From Eledone cirrhosa (Eukaryota), in contig OZ024741.1 in NCBI GenBank assembly GCA_964016885.1, positions 299,150,001 through 299,214,000 on the forward strand: DNA of 64,000 nucleotides, given 5' to 3'. Below the pieces are notes generated by a model, which had not been told where the DNA came from, made no database searches, and saw nothing but the letters and a program-made list of their open reading frames with translations. The position numbers and the translations under genes are program-made. Position 1 is the stretch's first letter, and each line of letters starts with the position of its first letter. Positions 26,155 through 40,490 of this stretch are shown piece after piece.

Positions 26155-26158
<4 letters not shown>
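21675..26158. repeat. 310-bp tandem array with central inversion (retrozyme array): ~4.8 units in one orientation (21675-23150) plus ~9.7 units inverted (23151-26158)
   Basis: Period is 310 (tgaaatagcg at 21691, 22001, 22311, 22621, 22931; tacacagcta at 23451, 23761 ... 25931). Units look identical by eye. (TA)n on both flanks. Confidence 0.97.
23178..23266 (+). ncRNA. Minimal type I hammerhead ribozyme (representative; 10 copies on + with cores at 23208+310n, 5 copies on - at 21864+310n)
   Basis: GTAGTC(23202-07)-CTGATGA(23208-14)-t TTCT aacg AGAA t-GAAA(23229-32)-CGCG-TA|(23238)-GATTAC. Helix I is extended by a 16-bp stem attctcgataaaagca/tgcttttatcgagaat. Helix III is the palindromic ACGCGU. 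Confidence 0.9.
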
Positions 26159-26194
<36 letters not shown>

Positions 26195-26195
<1 letters not shown>

Positions 26196-26535
26196 GCATG
26201 ACTACCTCTCTCTCTAAATGCAAGATTTCATTTTCCAGTCTTCTCAACAAGAAATATAAACAAACTTGCCGCAACACTTGATTTTAAATCCTTAATTTTT
26301 AATTCTTTTTAATTCTTTTTAATTCTTTTTAATTGTTATACTCAACACTTGATAAGATGGATTTCACTGATACATCGAAACCGGTTATATTATATATACA
26401 TTATAAAACTATTTAAAAAAAAATAATTGTCCCTCTTATCTTTTCAATAATGTCACTTTGACGAATCAAAGAAGATAAAAAAGGAAAAAAGAAACCCTTA
26501 AATATATTTTTCGTGCTATTTCCAATTTCACCATT
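26195..26535. repeat. Dispersed Penelope-terminal-like repeat, paralogue at ~28570-28925
   Basis: Shares caagatt(t/c)cattttcc, ttctcaacaagaaatat and aatgtcactttgacgaatcaaagaa with the paralogue; contains a degenerate hammerhead-like TTGATAA-gatg..catc-GAAA-ccgg-T. Confidence 0.7.
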
Positions 26536-26746
26536 ACTCTATAATTACTGTTTTGTTTAGAGACTTACTCCCTTTTAAAATATATTTATATATGATTTCT
26601 CCAGAATGAAACAGTTCTAGTCCTGTAGAAGCCATTTCTGTATTAAATATTTATAATCTACTGTGTAATGAGTACCCTACTTACTGTGGTTACCCCCGAT
26701 TGAACACGGGATAAACATAACTTTTAGCACTTTACTGTGCTCCTCT

Positions 26747-26873
<127 letters not shown>

Positions 26874-26907
26874 GTGTGTGTGTGTGTGTTGTGTGCGTGT
26901 GTGTGTG

Positions 26908-26938
<31 letters not shown>

Positions 26939-27476
26939 CATGCTCGGGGAAGAGAGAGCGAAATATCCAGACATGCAGAATGTAGTGTGGAGGTTAAGAC
27001 TGATTCTCGTAAACAAAGTGATAGAACAATAGACAATTGAATATAAATGAAACGAAACCAACAAAGAAACAAACATATAGAATAAAGCTTAGTATTTGTC
27101 TATGAATATTTGTATACAGCTATCAGATATTAAAAAAAATATAGTATATATATATATATAAAAAAAAGTAAAGATATACCTTCAACACAAAGAACATTAA
27201 AATCGACAGATTTACACAAACAACGAAATATGTTGGCATTCTCTTGCTACAATTAATGTCTTTTATGAGGAAAAAATATGCACATGCGTGGCATTTTAAA
27301 ACTCTTAATATATTATATCAGTTTGTTTACAACAATACTTCTATGATGAAAATAATATATAGTTTTCCTGTAGAGGTCGAAATGAATAGACGTGCTATTT
27401 CTCCCTGACGTTTCATTTGGTTCTGCTGCTGTTCACTCTCCACTATCTTTCTATTCCATCTTAAATACATTATTCT

Positions 27477-27525
27477 AGTTTCTGATGAAGGACTAGCGAC
27501 CGAATCGTTAAGACTCTCTTCCTAC
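27477..27525 (+). ncRNA. Degenerate minimal hammerhead ribozyme (PLE-type)
   Basis: agttt-CTGATGA-agg..cc-GAAT(mutated GAAA)-cgt-TA-agact; helix I agttt/agact pairs. Confidence 0.45.
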
Positions 27526-28375
27526 AATATTAAGTGTATAAGTCATATATTTCTTCGTTATTATTTCTGTTTAATATTTATATACGGATGTATGTTTTTA
27601 TATATATTTATATATTAGATAATTGTTTCTACTTTTGGCACAAGACCAGCAATCGCCAGTGCATTACTGGTACTTTATTTTATCGACCCCGGTAGTAAGA
27701 CGGGACTAAATAACCATAATTGTTTATTGCATTTTCTATATTACTGTCACATGGTTATTCATGTGACTTTGTCAGTTTCTTACGCAATCATTGCTTCAGT
27801 TATGCAAGTATTGTGATGTGCTGGTGTCCATGCACGTCCATCCAGTAGTGAAGTGGTTTGGCATATGGATCTTCTGTATGTTAAGCTAGTAGTTTATGCA
27901 TAAGTTTTCTGAATGGTTATTCTAGTCTTTAAGAATTTTTTAGTTTTTCTTCGGCATGTGGCTACTCTCTCAGTATGTGGTCCATCAGTTCATCTGCATG
28001 CTTTAGTTATTTCGTTTTCGGACAGATGTCACTATGTCTGGTTAAAAACGAGAACTAGTTAGCATATGCCACCAAATCTTTGAAAAATCCACACCATAAT
28101 TCGGGACAGGGCTTATCAAATGACCGAAATAACGGAGGTGAACTTTGTTCTACCATTATGTTTTTCTGTTTTTGTCTGATGAGGTCATTGCTGTTGAATA
28201 ATGGTTATCATCGAAATAAATATTACAGCGCCTATCAATAAAAGAAGTTAACTTTAAACTGTTGACTTACACTTCTTGTTTTTAAATTAATCTAGAGTAA
28301 ACAGACCCACCTGCGCATCTCATTGAGTGCCCTACCCTGCATACTGAAGTGTCGGTAACCAACCAAAAGATACAC

Positions 28376-28413
<38 letters not shown>

Positions 28414-28505
28414 CATACATATATTACTAACAATAATAAGTATTTCAAGTATCAATATCTCTCTCCCTCCCCCATTTCCCCTATCTATCTACCTCTCTCT
28501 CTCTC

Positions 28506-28565
<60 letters not shown>

Positions 28566-28569
28566 GACT

Positions 28570-29037
<468 letters not shown>

Positions 29038-29460
29038 AGTGGTTACACAACAGTTAGTTCACCATACCGAGAACAATTGTTTCACCTTACGGATCCTCAG
29101 TTCGTAATGGACATGGTTTTACGGAACAGGAAGGACAACTGTACGAACGCGCATGCGCAGAAACCGTCACTTCACACAGGCAATACTAAAAAGCGTGCGA
29201 GAGGTGTAAGGGAGATAACTGCGAAAGTCCGAAAAAATTCTATTTGATAAGAAAATTAGGATGTTGTGATTCAATCCGGAGCTTTGTAGTTATGTAAGAG
29301 GTGTTTCGAGACGTGTGGACAACGTGTGAAGAATTAATTTGTCATGTTTAGGCAATCACTATTGCATAATATCTTTAGAATATTTATTCGTTCATCAAAA
29401 CATACTCCACACGATTTCCCCTTGCGTATATATATATATATAGAGAGAGAGAGAGGTATA

Positions 29461-30360
29461 CGAGGTGTGTCAGAAAAACTCCAGGACTGATGTCACAAAA
29501 TATTTATTTCAAACACAAACTTCACACTTAGACTAAGAGTTTTCTCCGTCAAAGTAACCCCCTTAGAGTCTAATGCACTTTTCCATCCTTTTTGCCACGC
29601 TTGCATGCACTCGTGGAAGGATTCTTCCGGGATCCTCCGCAGTTCCGTCGGCACGGCCTTTTTGATGTCGTCCACGCCTTCAAAACGGTTCCCCTCGGGG
29701 TCGTACTCGAAGATCCATAACTCATCACCAGTGACGACTGTCTCTACCAAGTCTGGTTCGGTTTCAAACGCTTGAGGATGTCCTAGCACACTTGCATGCG
29801 TCGACCCTTCTGGTCATCATTCATCAGTTTTGGCACCATCTTCGCGCAGACTTTCCGCATGTCCAAATCTTCAGTGAGAATCTTCCAGACGCTCTCCGGA
29901 TTCATGTCCAGCTCATTTGCCATCAGTCGAAGTGTCAGCCGACAATCGCTACGCACCATCTGCCTGACGCGCTCAACGTTGACCTCAGTCCTGGTTGATG
30001 AGGGCCTTCCGCTCCTGTGGTCATCTTCCACGTCCTCGCGTCCTTCTTTAAACCTCTTGCACTACTCAAAAACACGTGAGCATGACATCGTCTCATCTCC
30101 ATACACTTGCTACAGCAATCCCAGTGCTTCTGACGGAGTTTTCAAGTTTGTTCGCTGCTCTGTGCTCATTGCTTCACGACCTGAAACAGAGGACATGTAT
30201 ATAAAATTATGAAGAAAAACGTTTGATCGCTGCAGAGAGCTCATATTACAGTTACATACTCCAGGGGGATTAGTTTGAAGTAGAAAACTCTTAGTGTGAA
30301 GTTTGGGTTTGAAATAAATCTTTTGTGACATCAGCCCTGGAACTTTTCTGACACACCTCA
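29461..30360 (-). mobile_element. Internally deleted mariner (Tc1/mariner) transposon
   Basis: TA|cgaggtgtgtcagaaaa...ttttctgacacacctca|TA with TIRs of ~80 bp or more. Transposase remnants: MSTEQRTNLK, EDDHRSGRPS, CAKMVPK, VTGDELWIFEYDPE, then a jump to GNRFEGVDDIK (rest of the catalytic core deleted). Confidence 0.93.
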
Positions 30361-30973
30361 TATATATATAAGAAGAGGTTATACTACGTATTATAAGAGA
30401 GGAGGAGAGGGAGAGAAAGCTAGAGGTGTGATACAGTATGGTGAATGCCGATAACCGAAGCGAGGGGTGCTCGATTGGCTTCAGTATCAACAATTTTATC
30501 TTCTGTTTGGATTCTATACGAAACTCGATTAAAGATATTTTATTTTTTCAATTTACAGGGAATTCGTATTTTCTAGGATGTTTTCATGTCTACATAGTTG
30601 ACATGCGTATATATTTATACAGGTTGGTGCAGTCTCGTTTTCACGCACTGTATTTATATTGACATAATTTCATCATACACCTTATCACATATATATTCAT
30701 TTTACTATCGAAATGACTGCTACAGGACGAGAACTGTTTGATTAGAAAGAAATCATTATGAATGAAACGGTTTTAGTCTTGTAGAAGTCATTTATATAAT
30801 AATATGAATATCCATACACTGTGTTAACATATTGAGTACCTTTTTGAACACCAGTCACCTTCCGATTTACGCAAAGGCAGACGGCGAAAGCACATGTTAG
30901 TACATCATTCTCAAATTCGCTAGCCGTTTCTAAACAAAACCTTCTTTGTGACCCCCCCCCCTCCCCAGATATC

Positions 30974-31038
<65 letters not shown>

Positions 31039-33971
31039 GCGTGTGTGTATATACATCCCTGTGTGTGCCTGGCTGTCTACCTTCCTTACTGATTAATGTT
31101 TTGTAATGATGTTCCGATAACGCAATTTCCCATTGCATCATTATGAATGATCTGATTTCTGTAATGTACGCACGTTTGATTACAGCGAAAACTCACCTTG
31201 AAATTTCGTTAATCTCTCTATTAATGTTCATCAACAGAGAAAGTGATTAACCTTTAGCACTCTTAACGCAATACTGATGGAAACCTGCTTTGAAAAGTTT
31301 CCTGTGGAATATTGTGATTGTGAACCCGTTTGACCGTTATCATTTTAGAACCAATAATACAAGTAGGGTTAATATATCGTACTAATGGGTGAAAGTTATG
31401 AAAGGGATAATGTCGTTGATAGTATTTAACAAATGACATACAGCACAAATTGAAAATTACGTTGTTTTCCATGAAATCTAATTTTCTTTCACACTTCTGA
31501 CACGAAAATAAAGATCATTTTCAGGAATGGCAGATTCCTGGCTTTTATGAGAAAAGTTTATCTTTGAACCATAATCTTTCCGTTATATTTACTAACGAGC
31601 TTCTGATAAGCAGGTATTTATTTTATTTTTAATCCACCATTTGTTAGTTTATTTATTCTATACATCGCAGCATTGCGGAATGGTTAAGGAGTTCACTTCG
31701 CAATTATAGGGTTTCGTATTCGATCACACAGTGTAGCGTCATAGGAAAGTAGAATTTACTATAGCTCTGGTTAGCCAAACCTTGTAAATGACATTGAATA
31801 GAGGTAAAACTGTTTGGAAGCCCATTAATGGACTGTACCTATAAAATCAGTTGATTCTCCTTGGAAAAATCTTTCTTGGTATATGTTTCGTTGAGAAAAA
31901 AATCTGGAACCTTTATCATAAAAAATGACGGAGATCCATTACATGTTTTGTATGTTTTGCTTAACTATCTATATTTAGTCCTACCAACTCTCGCGGATGA
32001 AGATATAAAAGTTAGGCACACGCGTTGGGATATAATAGTTATAGTCAGAAGTGGGACCTAACCAGCAGATAGCCCTGTGGTATGTTCTGCTGTGAAGCAC
32101 CTTGTGCAAGTGTCTTCTACTGTAACCGCAATTTGACCAAGGCCTGTTCCGAAATTTATAAATAAATCAATAAATCGAAAGATTACGTACCAGATTTGAC
32201 ACAATAAGTAATTGGGTTGGCATGATCGACTAAATCAGGGCAGGTCAGTGCCCCAGCATGGACACAGTCTAATGATTGAAACCAGAAAAAAGAATAACAC
32301 TAACCTTCAATATGAAACATTCTTGGGTAATCTCCATTTCCAATAGACTACTACTGCTAATAATAAACCAATAAATTAATTTCCAGTATACTAATTACTT
32401 GTGGTGTCTTGTGACCTGGTGACAGAACATCCTTCAGTCTGTTTCCTCCACCAAGAAGCACGCAGGGATCATAGTGAGAACAAAAGCAATCGAAGGAAGA
32501 AACATGACACATCAACACTAAGTCCAGACCAACATTTCCCTTGCAGCCGTCACAATCAGGTCTTTCTGTCCTATATTAGTCTTGTCAGCTTCAAGCGAGA
32601 CTGCAATAGACGTGGGGTTTTCCCCTTCATAACTATTTGTTAGTGAAGTCAACCCATGAACAACCTAAGGAGTAATCATCTATATATGAACACATCTCGC
32701 TGCTTCTATTTTCTAAAACAATATGAATGACTTATATTCAGTTTTCTTTTCAAATACGAAATTTGACGTTTTTTGTAATCTTTTAGATTTATTGCCATCG
32801 TCACCAATAAACACTCACTCTTTCAATGTTTTGAAGACGACTCAAATTTGCATTTTCTGAATTCATTATATTCTTTAAAAAAAAAATTTAATTAGCCTTC
32901 TGCGTTCCTTTTAAAAATTCTTTTCTTTCAGCTCATTTAAAATTCTCTGTATTTCTTCGTAGAGATCCGATAATCATATATATTTAAATGCACGCAAAGT
33001 AGTATACACAACAAAGACTTACTGTTCATGAAACATGTGTAGATATTTAACTGACAACCGCCATTACAATTGCTAACATTGAATAGCTACAATGTTTTTC
33101 TATGGAACTTTTAATTTAAAAACATTGCTAAACATCTTCCAAGTTATTATGTTTTCATATTGTATAGCATACTTTTTCCTACGTAATGCGTCTCATACAT
33201 GAAAAAGAAGCAACTGATTAAAAACGACAGCTCTCATATCTGAAATGGCATGTATCTATAAATGTTATTGCGAAGTACATTTAGAAGAAAGCCTGAGGGA
33301 TACAAATTTTGCTCAATCGTCAAAACTAAATCCGTCACCAATAATCGTATTATATTATTTTCTCTGCGTGTGCCATAGCTTTCTAACTTTGTAACATAAT
33401 TTTCAGAATGTATCCAATCTCCATTTTAACATTCTTATTCCATCTCACTTTCTGATTCTCGCCACCAGGACTGATTTTCCTAAAAGTAGCATAAAGCATT
33501 GTATAAACATTGCTTTTAATAGTAACACCATTGCCGTATGGATATGTTATCTTCCTAATTTTGAATTATACTCTAAAATCAAAAGATTTGAGATACATAA
33601 TCTTATATTTCTAATTAGGGAGCTTTAGGTGAGTTCAAAGAGGACTAACACTTTCATGCCTGGTGAAAATATTTCATTTTAGTTTTCAGTTGCTGTGAAT
33701 CAGAATTGCAGACGGGCAGAGTGTTCCTAATAAGTCTGTACAAGGTTAGTAGAGTTTATTAGATATTGGTCTCGAGCACGTGCAAGATATAGGTTCAATA
33801 CACACAAAAATATTGGTGCATAAGATGCTGATGAGAATAATCAAGCCTGTACTACATGTTTACAAAATCTACAAAACATTCAATGTTTCACGGAATAAGT
33901 TATTGTCTGCTGGTGATGAATACTAATTCTGAAATACTTATATTCATTACCCTTTCAAATGTAATATAATT

Positions 33972-34380
33972 ATTTCTGCTTTAGGCACAAGGCCAGCAAT
34001 TACCCAGTGCATTACTAGTACTTTATTTTATCGACCCCGTAAGGATGAAAGGCAAAGTCAACCTCCGCGGGATTTGAATTCAGATCATAAAGGGCCGTAA
34101 CTATGCTGGAAAGCATGGTATCCGGCCCCCTACCGATCCTGCGATAAGTTATTATACATCAATATGTGGATTCGCAGTATCGACAGAGGCTTGGACACCA
34201 TGCTTTGAAGCATAGAGTTACGGCCCTTTATGATCAGAGTTCAAATCCCGTCGAGGTTAACTTTGCCTTTCATCCTTACGGGGTCGATAAAATAAAGTAC
34301 CAGTCAGGCACTGGGGTCGATTTAATCGACTTTCCCCTCCTCCAAAATTGCTGGCCTTGTGCCTATATAAGAAACCAATA
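33972..34380. mobile_element. Two SINEs head-to-head: (-) 33972-34143 and (+) 34165-34380
   Basis: Both carry the tRNA-like head, the cctttcatccttacggggtcgataaaataaagtac core and the ggccttgtgccta tail. Confidence 0.85.
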
Positions 34381-35271
34381 TATTACAACACGGTCAATAT
34401 TTTGGGGATCGTGGGGACGCCATTGTGATATGGGACTTATCTTTGGCATTTTTATAAGGTGATATAGCTCGTCTCTCTCCAGGTCTGACAGGCAGCCGAC
34501 TTATCTCAAAGAAAGAGAGGAGGAGATGGAGAAGGAAAGTAAGAAAGTGATATAAATAAATATCCATCCTAGTACTGGAGAAATATGTTTTTTAGCAACC
34601 TCGAAAGGATGAAAAGCAAAGTTTACATTGGCGCGATTTGAACGATTGAGGTTGAACGAATATCGGAAAGCATTATATCCGACCATTTCACGAAGCTGCC
34701 AATTCACCATCTTATAAAGGTCTGTACACACCTTTATTATATATGATACAATATGATATTGGATGCTGTGTATATTGGTGTTATCTCATTGCGAAAGGGA
34801 GAATAAACACCAATAAATTATATGTAAATAGCACGATCCCATTTTTATTAGCAAATAATAAGACGGCGAGCAGTAAAGAGAAGAGAAGACGATACGTTAT
34901 CATTTACAAAACAAACTACCTTTAACCCAACCTATGATTATTAGTGGTTCCCCCGGTGAACAGACTCAGTACTTGAAAACTGACGCATTCACACATACAC
35001 ACTCAAACGTAGTTTCGAGAATGAGAAGTTCAGTTACTCGATCGTCAGAACAGCTAGCCCGTGAAATTAATATGCAAATGACTGAAATTTCCACAGACAT
35101 GTGCACCATTAACATAAGACTCAGCACAACGCTATGGTAAATGACATGTTACGCAAGTGGGATGAAACTGGGAACACAAATATTGCAAAACGAACCTCTT
35201 AACCATTTGACCACGCTACGTTCAAAACACTCACTGATATACGCATATGCGCACGTACGCGGGCGCGCGTG

Positions 35272-35337
<66 letters not shown>

Positions 35338-35794
35338 GTGTGCATGTGTGTGTGTGTGCGTGTCTTTGCTGCATAGATAATTTGATAGAGGTGTATCATA
35401 TGTAATACCGAAACAAAATTACACTTTAAAATATCTATCGTGAAATCTATACCATATAGCGTTTCAAAAAATCACATACACATAAAGAGCAACATATGCA
35501 TATACACACAAAAAGGAAGAATGAAAATGGACTGCTAAAATAGAAAAATATTTAAATTACACTGGGTGATTTAAATTTTATATTGATCGATATTTGATAA
35601 GGGGTTTTATACAAATTAATATGTTGTTGATTTTATCAGTGGTTCCATCTTCAAACGGTAGCAGCTTGACAATTGTGTTAAAGAAAATTGATTTACAGCA
35701 ATATCTCCCTATGGAATGAGATATAATTTACGGTAATCTCAGTAAAACCTTTGAAATAAAACATCTTAAGTATAAAAGACAAATACTTATAAGC

Positions 35795-36550
<756 letters not shown>

Positions 36551-36781
36551 TGTGTTTGATATGAGATATGTTGGTTGAATACTTATGGGAGGGTCGAAGC
36601 ATAGAATATCGATTTCTATGCATCATGTAAATTTCTAAACCACTAGCCAATCGGTGATAGTAATTTGATGATGCAGAGAAATTTCAGTTACTACTGTACT
36701 ACTGTGTCACTTGTCGCATTTACTGCCATAGCCAACTCAGACTGGGATCGAATCCTGTCGATCGGTTTTTGATTAGGCGAG

Positions 36782-36882
36782 ACCCGCTGATGAAGCCACA
36801 TTCGCCGATTGTGTATTATTGCAGTCAATGGGTGCTATACGCTCCCTTATTGCATTAAGTGTGGCAGAAATCGAGTACAGGT
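36782..36882 (+). ncRNA. Putative type I hammerhead ribozyme with long helix II
   Basis: acccg-CTGATGA-a gccaca...tgtggc a-GAAA-tcgag-TA-caggt; helix I has one mismatch. Confidence 0.45.
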
Positions 36883-37029
36883 ATAGATTTATAGTAATCA
36901 TTTACGTGTACTGCTTCGAGGCAAATAACTTTGTGTCTACTCTGGGATTTATACATAATCTTACTTATTGAGTACGATTAGATGCAACCAGTACTAGCAG
37001 AGAATCCCTATACCTGTCCTGTTAAACCC

Positions 37030-37273
37030 TATTATTATTATTGTTCTTTGAGTCTCAGTCATTGATGTTATTTAACTGGAAATTTTGTTGAAATGAATAT
37101 CAAGTCACTACCTGCAGCCTCAGATATGCAGGACGTTAGGGAGGGTTCTTGCTGTTCCCAGCAAGCATGCCTTTTGAGGTGTTCCAAACAACGGGGCTGG
37201 ACTAATCTTCTTTAACCATTCTTGGAAACTCTTTGAGATAGTACCTAGTGCGCCGATGAAAATCGGGACGACC
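37030..37273 (-). mobile_element. R4/Dong LINE family B 3' fragment
   Basis: VVPIFIGALGTI..QKACLLGTARTL; matches 38700-38930; (TAA)n tail. Confidence 0.88.
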
Positions 37274-37912
37274 TTATTATTATTATTATTACAGTTGCAT
37301 TTATCTTGCTTTATGTTCATAGGAGTTATCACCAAGTCACAACCAGTGACCTCTCAAGAGACAACAAGGTCCGCCATGTTCAAGAAAGAACATACATACA
37401 CACACATGCATCTTTAGGTGTTTAGACTTGTGATGTACTTATATTGACAGAATCTTCCTTAGTATATGGGCAGTTCCTATTAGTAATATCTTTTGTATTT
37501 CTCCTATAAGTGGGCTTCCAGGGATTTGCGATAAGTAATCATTAGACCCCTTAGGTATCATTCCTAGAGCGCCTACAACCACTGGTATTGTTTTAGTTCT
37601 CAACTGCCACATTTTTCAAAATTCTATGAGGGTCTTTATACTTGCTGAATTTTTCAAATGTTTTTATAGATATATTCTTGTCTATTGGAACGGACATATC
37701 AATTAGCAGGTATACCTTCTTTTTAAAGTCCTTCAGTATTATATCAGTTATATTTGGATTTTTTTCGGTCTGTTTGGATGCTAAAGTTCCACAATATTGA
37801 GATGCGATCTTTTTCAAGTACGGGAGATGGTTGATGCTCCCACCAGTTCTTTTGACGGGGCAGGTCAAAATGATTACATATTATCCAATATGTGTATTGT
37901 GCAGCTCTGTCG
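37274..37912 (-). mobile_element. R4/Dong LINE family A 3' fragment
   Basis: Reverse complement of ~10840-11460 (LLIDMSVPIDKNISIKTFEK); (TAA)n tail at 37274-37290. Confidence 0.9.
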
Positions 37913-38126
37913 TAACAATGCTGGTAACAATGATGAAGTGGTGGCGGTGGTGATGGGATAGTGGTACTGTAATGATGGCGTTGTCGCTACTGAATTCTGT
38001 TGAATAGATTGTAGCTAGTATGCGTTTGCTTGATGTGTATATCTATGCGGTTTGTCGCCTGCTTAATATTTCCTTAATATTTGAATTAAACATTTTGAGG
38101 AAACTTGAGATACAATAATAATGATA

Positions 38127-38296
38127 ATTGTACCTACTTATGGCACAAGGCCAGCAATTACTCAGTACATTACTGGTACTTTATTTTATCGACCCCGTAA
38201 GGATGAAAGGCAAAGTTAACCTCGGCGGGATTTGAACTCAGAATGGCAAGGGCCGTTAAAGCATGGTGTCCCACCCTCTACCGATACTGCCAATCC
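38127..38296 (-). mobile_element. SINE, same family as 43681-43897
   Basis: Core, tail and head are present. Confidence 0.85.
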
Positions 38297-38665
38297 AATG
38301 CTGGGATTGGTGGTGGTGAAATTGCCGTCATCTGGCTGTTTTATTTAGTGTTATGTGGTGTATCTAGGTTGTGATGGTGAAAATATCGTTATTTGGCTGT
38401 TCTATTTAGTGTAGACAGAGTGAGTTTTCTTCCATTTATAACCATTTTCTTTTTTTTTATATAAAAAAATTTCTAATACAAAATTGAATATTTGAGCCAT
38501 ATGTCAGGCTGTTATGGGTACCTATTTCCTGGGAGCGAAGACTGGTGCCTTATGTCCCATTTGTACTAAGAATTGTTATATAACAATTGTTTTAAATATG
38601 TTAAAAATCAAAACCTTACTGGAGCGATTCCATAACACTCTATCCACCACGTGCTTCTCCTTCCC

Positions 38666-40490
38666 TTTATTGTTATTATTATTATTATTATTGTTATTAC
38701 TCTTTGAGTCTCAGTCATTGATGTTAGTTAACTGGAAAGTTTGTTGAGATGAATATCAAGCCACTACCTGCAGCCTCAGATATTCAGGACGTATCGGAGG
38801 GTTCTTGCTGTTCCCGGCAAGCATGCCTTTTGAAGCGTTCCAAAAAGCGTGAAGGGGCCAATTTTCTTTAACCATCCCTGGAAACTTTTTGAGATAGTCC
38901 CTAGTGCGCCTATGACAATCGGGATCACTTTGACTTCATGGCAGTTCCAAATCCTTTTTACCTCCCACTTTAAGTCCTGGTATCGGTTAATTTTCTCCCT
39001 CTACTTCTCTTGCACTCTCGTGTCGAAAGGGCAGGCTACATCCACAATCAGGCACGATCTTTTTCTTTGTCCAAAACCACTAGGTCAGGTCTATTGTGTT
39101 CCAGTTTCTTGTCCGTCTGTATCCTAATATCCCACAGCACCTTCACCTGATCGTTTTCTATCACCGCCTCTGGCTTATGCTCATACCACTTCTCAGAATG
39201 TGGTAAATTGTTTACTTTGCATAGGTGCCAGTGGATCACCCTGCTCATCAAATCATGTCTCCAGCCCTTATAGTGAGTCTGGGCTAGGTGTTTACACTCG
39301 GATACAATGTGAGCCACAGTCTCCTCTCTCTCTCCACAGATCCTGCACAGTGGGCTAGCCTCCTCCTTGTAAATGTGGTGTTTCAACCACTTCGTTTTGA
39401 GGGCCTGCTCCTGCGCAGCCATTAACATTCCTTCTGTAGCCTTTTTAAGGTCTCCTCTTTTCAACCAGTTCCATCTCTGTGGATCTCTAAATTCAGTTTT
39501 CTCAAAGAAGGTACTATGAAGGGATTTTTCCTGAAGGCTTCTCTTACTCCTTGATGTTATTTCCTCCTTGGACATCCCCTGGCCTATTGTCCCCTCCTTC
39601 AGTACAGTTCTGAGCATTGGCTCCTTACTATCAGTCACGTATTTGTGTAGGTTGTTTTTCTCCATCTGAACACAGTCCTCTATGCTGATAAGACCTCTTC
39701 CACCCTCAGATCTCCTTAAGTAGAGTCTATCGACATCACTCCTCTTGTGGAACATATTGTTGATAGTCAATAGCTTTCTAGTCTTCCTATCCATTTCTTT
39801 CTGTTCAGCAACATTCCATCTTAGAATTCCCGCACTGTACCTAATAATAGACACAGCTCGGGAATTTACTTTACTTATGGCATTCCTACTGTTCAGATGT
39901 GACTTTAATACGCTCCTTACTCTCCGAAGGTATTCAGTTCTTATCAATTCCTTCATTTTTTTGTTCTTGATGTCATCAGCCTCCAGAACGCCCAAATACT
40001 TGTATCCTTCCTCAGAGTCAATTTCTTTTATCATCTCACCTGTTGGTATCTGGATTCCGTTACTTCTGCTCAAATTACCCCTCCTCATGACAATGACTCC
40101 ACACTTACTAATACCAAATTGCATACATATATCATTGCTGAAAATACGGACAGTGTCAACAAGCATATCCAACTCCTTCTCACTCTTCCCGAAGAGCTTA
40201 AGATCGTTCATGAAGAGGAGGTGATTGATGGTAAGCCCTCCCTTTCCCAACCTGTATCCTGCTCTCACTTTTCGCAGTACACTGGTCAGGGGCATCAGGG
40301 CAAGGACAAACAACAGAGGGGACAGACTATCTCCCTGGAAGATACCTCTCTTGATCTTCACGCTTCCCAAGGATTCTCCAGTTGATGTTAACTCTGTTTC
40401 CCAGGACTTCATACTTTTGCCCAACAACTGCCTGATGTTATCTGCCACCTTGAAGATCTCCAGGCTTTTGGTGATCCAAGAATGAGGCAT
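38666..40490 (-). mobile_element. R4/Dong-clade (RLE) non-LTR retrotransposon, family B, 5'-truncated
   Basis: ORF 39048-40490: PHSWI, GIFQGDSLSPLLF, HLLFMNDLKL, YKYLGV, RLYLRRSEGGRGL, AAQEQ, CRICGEREETVAHIVSEC, RHD, NRPD. (TAA)n tail at ~38666-38699. Confidence 0.95.

Noticed and set aside
21675-26158. CRISPR array or ordinary satellite
   Set aside because: There are no variable spacers and the context is eukaryotic; the hammerhead in each unit points to a retrozyme.
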